A program made the position numbers and the translations under genes. Shown here in pieces: positions 49,646 through 64,000 of a stretch of DNA of 64,000 nt (the first letter of the stretch is position 1; each line of letters starts with the position of its first letter). The stretch lies in NCBI GenBank assembly GCA_963693365.1, contig CAVNZM010000010.1, positions 6,697,794 to 6,761,793 on the forward strand, in the 5' to 3' direction. The DNA is from Amoebidium appalachense (taxonomy: Eukaryota; Protista; Ichthyosporea). The notes below the pieces were generated by a model, which saw only the letters and a list, made by a program, of their open reading frames with translations, searched no databases and was not told the DNA's origin.

Positions 49646-50854
49646 TTGACAGGTTTTATGGATCCCCAAAAACTTAGTGTAGGCCCTCTTGCAGAGTCTG
49701 GCCGGGTGTATACATGGCCAGTACGGGGCGAAGAAAGACCCGCATGCTCGCTGTGACTCGTGAGAAAGCCACAGCCTATGTTCGTATATGCGCAGAATAT
49801 TACTATTAGAAATGAACCCTCGAAACGAAAACTCCTTTGTGGTGTATTTTCATGGTTTTCTTCTCTATAGATTTAAGTTTAGTACCGTACGAATTTTTCA
49901 AAATTTCTTGGCGCGATCGATTTCGGAAATTCGATGGCCTAATAAAATAATATTAGAACTCTTAGTCGAGCCCTGGTTCTTCACTAGAAATACGTAATAA
50001 CGAGCAATAACTGCAGAATTGATAGTAAAAGGAAGTATCAACAGAAAACACATTCGACATATGCATTTCTTTTTTCTCAAGTCCTTTACGCCGTCGCCTT
50101 CTTACATCCATACATTCGATTTTCAGTTTGTTCAGCCTCCTGAAATGTTTTCTTTCTCACACTCCGGGAGTTTTGGGGGATCATTTTTTTATTGCTGAAC
50201 TCCTGTTCTGCAGAGCTGAACTTTGGATAAAGTGCATAATGGTATGTTTATACCCACAGACATGAAATATCACATTGGGGTAACTATATTATAGGTCTTC
50301 GTCGTTCTTTTTCCAAGTGCGGCCTCCGTGGGGAGTCACCACACGTAGGACGTAGTGCCAAGTACATAGCTGTGCCATGTGGAATGTTGGGTTGAAGATG
50401 ACGTCAGAGGTCAACCATGCCAGCAAGTGGCGTTGCCGCCAGTAAACCGACACACCAAGCAGTGTTGCAGGGGGAAAAAATCGATATTCTTTTCTAATAA
50501 TACATATAAACAAATAAGGTTTATTGTGCTGTAATGTAACTCCCTTTTTGTGCCACGGAATTGACGTGTACATGTGTCAACTTGGATGGCCTTGAAGAAA
50601 AAACTCCTGTCAATCGATCATTCAATGATTGGCCGATTTCAGGAAATGGATCGTGAGCCGTCCCCGTGCGCATGCACGCGTACACCTCGCCATAAATCAG
50701 TGTACCTAAGACAGTAATTATATAGTTGCTAAAGAAATTCAAATATGCTTTAAAGAAAAAGGAATTAACTCCATGGGCAACTCCAGCAAAAAAAAAAGAA
50801 AAAAAAAAAAAAGTGTGTGTGTGTGTGTGTGTGCGTGCGTGTGTGCGTGCGTGT

Positions 50855-50885
<31 letters not shown>

Positions 50886-51036
50886 GAGGGGGTTGTCGGG
50901 GGGGGGGGGGGGGGAGGGGGTTGTCGGGGGGGGGGGAGGGGGTTGTCCGGGGGGGGGGGGGGGAGGGGGTTGTTGGGGGGGGGGGGGGGAGGGGGGGGGC
51001 TGGATAGAGATCTATGGATAGGAGAGGTACGGTCAA

Positions 51037-51075
<39 letters not shown>

Positions 51076-52335
51076 GTTGTATGATTGGTCAAGGACGCAA
51101 TACTACGTAATGGTATGTCTGAGCTGCTCCGCGGCCGCCCGCGCACCAGCTGCAGCGGCCAGGTTGCCGAATGCCAGTTCAAGAAGTTCTGTTTTGAACT
51201 TCGTTAGCTCGAGTGTCGCCTGCCGGTAGCGTGAAGCCCTTTTCACACCAGAGCAAACCAGTATCATGATTTTTGGGCCCACTATTCCATAGCCCACCTA
51301 CTCGTTCCAAATGACCATGCCTCTTCTTCCAGCATGGCTTACCAGGATAGCACGTTTTGTGTACCATGAGATCTTAGTTGCACGTGTGACTGTGGATGCC
51401 TCAGTCCAGCAGGTAGCGCCGTGGAGGGCTGGGTTTGGCCGGTGGCTGGCCGCCCAGCTGCAGGTGTTTCTGCTGGTTCAGTTGGAGGTCGTGCATAGGT
51501 GACCCCCCCCCTCTCCCCCCTCCACCCCCCCCCCCCCCCCCCCCCCCCCTCACCCCACCACACCCATCTCCCCCACCTTCACATCACCCTTCACACATCC
51601 TGTCTGTCGCCCCCCCACCTCTCCCTGTATACTTTCCCGTTTGTCACCATCCCCCTTATTTTCCAACGGCTCCTTTCTTCCCACAAATTCGAATGGCACA
51701 AGTAGATGGCATGCGGACCCTCAAGAGGGAGGAAAGGAAGGGAGGGGGAGGAAGGGAGGGAGGGAGGGGGGGGGGGGGAGGGAGATGGGTAAGAGGTTCG
51801 GTGGGAGGGAGAGAGCCTTGGAGGGGAGGAAGGAAGGGTAAAGGGGGGAGGGGGAGGGGGAGTGGCGGGGCATATAGATAAGTAGAGCGAGAGGGAGGGG
51901 GGGGGGAGGAGGGAGAGAATGAAAGAGGGAGGGGGAGAGAGGGAGGGGGGAGAGAGGGAGGGAGGGAGGGAGGGAGGGGGAGGGGGGAAGGGGGAGGGAG
52001 GGAGGGAGGGAGGGAGGGAGGGAGGTAGGGAGGGAGGGAGGGAGGGAGGAAGGGAGGGAGGGAGGGAGGGAGGGAGAGCTGGTTCACACATATCAAATGG
52101 GACCCCCATCCTCCTTCCTCTGGCACCTAACATCCCCCTTAGTTCTATGCGCGTTAGTCTATCGTCTGTGACCCCCCCCCCCCCAAAAAAAAAAAAAAAA
52201 AAAAAAAAAACGAAAGACCCCCCCCCCCTTCCCCCCCCCCCAGCTGTGTTGTTTTTCCATCTTCCCAACCCCCCCCCCCCCCCCCTATTTATTTATTTGC
52301 TTGTTTATTTATTTATTTATTAATTTATTAATTTA

Positions 52336-52490
<155 letters not shown>

Positions 52491-53503
52491 AATGGGGGGG
52501 GGGGAGGGGGGGGAGAAGGGGGGAGGGGGGACAAAGAGCGTTGACGGGGGAGGAGATAAAACCACCATCAGAAGCTGAAAGCAATCTTGCTATATTTTTT
52601 GGTTGTATTATAATATTTTATTTCACCAACAAGGCACTAGCAGAACTGACTTTGGGCGCAAGGGTGGGACGGGTTATGCGAGGAGAAGGGAGGGGTGGTT
52701 GTGTGGGGGTGGGTGCGTGTGTGTTGTGTGTGTGTGGGGGGGGGCCGGGGGGAGGGGGAGGGGGGAGGGGGGGGGAGGGCCGGTACGTCGGAAGGAAGGT
52801 GAGGAGTGGGGAGAGGAGGGGATGTTACGGAAAGCTGTTGATATAGTACACGAAATGGTATGTACTGGTACACATTCTGTCATCGGTCTGTAGACCAGAT
52901 TTTCTATGTATTCTTTTTGTACTTTCCTGCCGCTTTTGCGTGGCCGTAGTTCTCGCCAATACCCATCCAATTTACTGTACCCGAGACTACCTATGCACGT
53001 AACATTTAAGTTTATATGAATAGATTGCAATATTCCTCTTCGGTGAGTTGTGTCTGGTGTTGCTATGTGCTAGGTTTCTATTTATTTCAAATATTGACGG
53101 TGCTCCACGGCAAAACAGGGCTCTATCTGCTGAGGACACTAATGAAGCGGAAAACTATAAAGGACTCCCTCATGTCGATAATCTTGCTGGGGGCAAGAAA
53201 GGTCAGGTGACTTCACACGGAAAGGTGGTTGTCCCTCCCTCCCCTCCCCCCACTGCAACACCTTTCCCCCCGTCCTCCCCCCCTCCCCCCCCCCCCCCCC
53301 CCCCCCTCCCCCCCCCCCCCCCCCCCCCCCCACCCAAAAAAAAAAAAAAGAAAAAAAAAAACAGCCCCAAGCCTTCGGACACACAAAGACACACAACACG
53401 CCCACACACATATACACAACACACACACACATACAAACACACACAAACGCGCGCACGCGCGCACCCACCCACCCACCCACCCACCCACCCACCCACCCAC
53501 CCA

Positions 53504-53584
<81 letters not shown>

Positions 53585-53697
53585 CACACAGACACACACA
53601 CACACACAGGCACACACACACACACACACACACACACAATTTGCAGGAGAACAGTTAGACAATACAGCAGGCAACCGAGTACAACACCGTCGAGTCC

Positions 53698-53735
<38 letters not shown>

Positions 53736-53857
53736 CTCCACGAAAGAAAAGAAGAAAAGAAGGAGATGAGAAAAGGAAAAGAAATGTAAAAAAAATGCCC
53801 GTCGTTTTTCTCCATATTGTCCCTCATAGCCGCCTATGGCCTTGGACATTCACATAT

Positions 53858-53891
<34 letters not shown>

Positions 53892-54074
53892 CTGTTTGAC
53901 TAATCCCTTGCCTCCTCGCCCCACCCACCCCCTCCTCTCCTCTTGCATCTCCCCTTTTTTTTTCTGCAGTGGATTTCTTTGTGTAGGTAATAGGTGGTGA
54001 GGTTGAAGACCTAGACGTTGGGAAGAGGGTAGACGCTGTTTCTAACACCAGTGAAACACGTGTTTCAGGGTGGC

Positions 54075-64000
<9,926 letters not shown>

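Overview
Intron-rich eukaryotic genomic DNA, probably from a unicellular opisthokont (the PRP8 protein is animal/fungal-like; the taxon cannot be fixed from this window). Introns and intergenic DNA are saturated with poly(C)/poly(G), (CA)n/(TG)n, (GA)n and poly(T) tracts, which account for most of the ORF track. Genes reconstructed by hand from GT-AG exons: the 3' ~three quarters of PRP8 (30 exons, +), an SRSF4/5/6-type SR protein (+), a tail-anchored ankyrin-repeat protein (-), a single-C2H2-finger transcription factor (-), a frameshifted F-box/LRR gene (-), a secreted LRR protein (-), and an NADH-dehydrogenase-like/selenophosphate synthetase (SelD) fusion running off the right end (+). The most notable non-genic signals are: (1) three related families of short, highly structured, non-coding retroelements that insert into poly(C) runs, with target-site duplications, 5' truncation and a head-to-tail partial tandem (Penelope/Chlamys- or retrozyme-like); (2) paralogous C/D-box snoRNA candidates in PRP8 introns, one directly behind a tRNA-like cloverleaf; (3) a candidate poison exon in the SR gene; (4) a -1 frame break in SelD at a G_GAT_TTT heptamer; (5) CpG decay between repeat copies, mostly in CGC/GCG context. 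All calls are by eye; no searches or folding programs were run.
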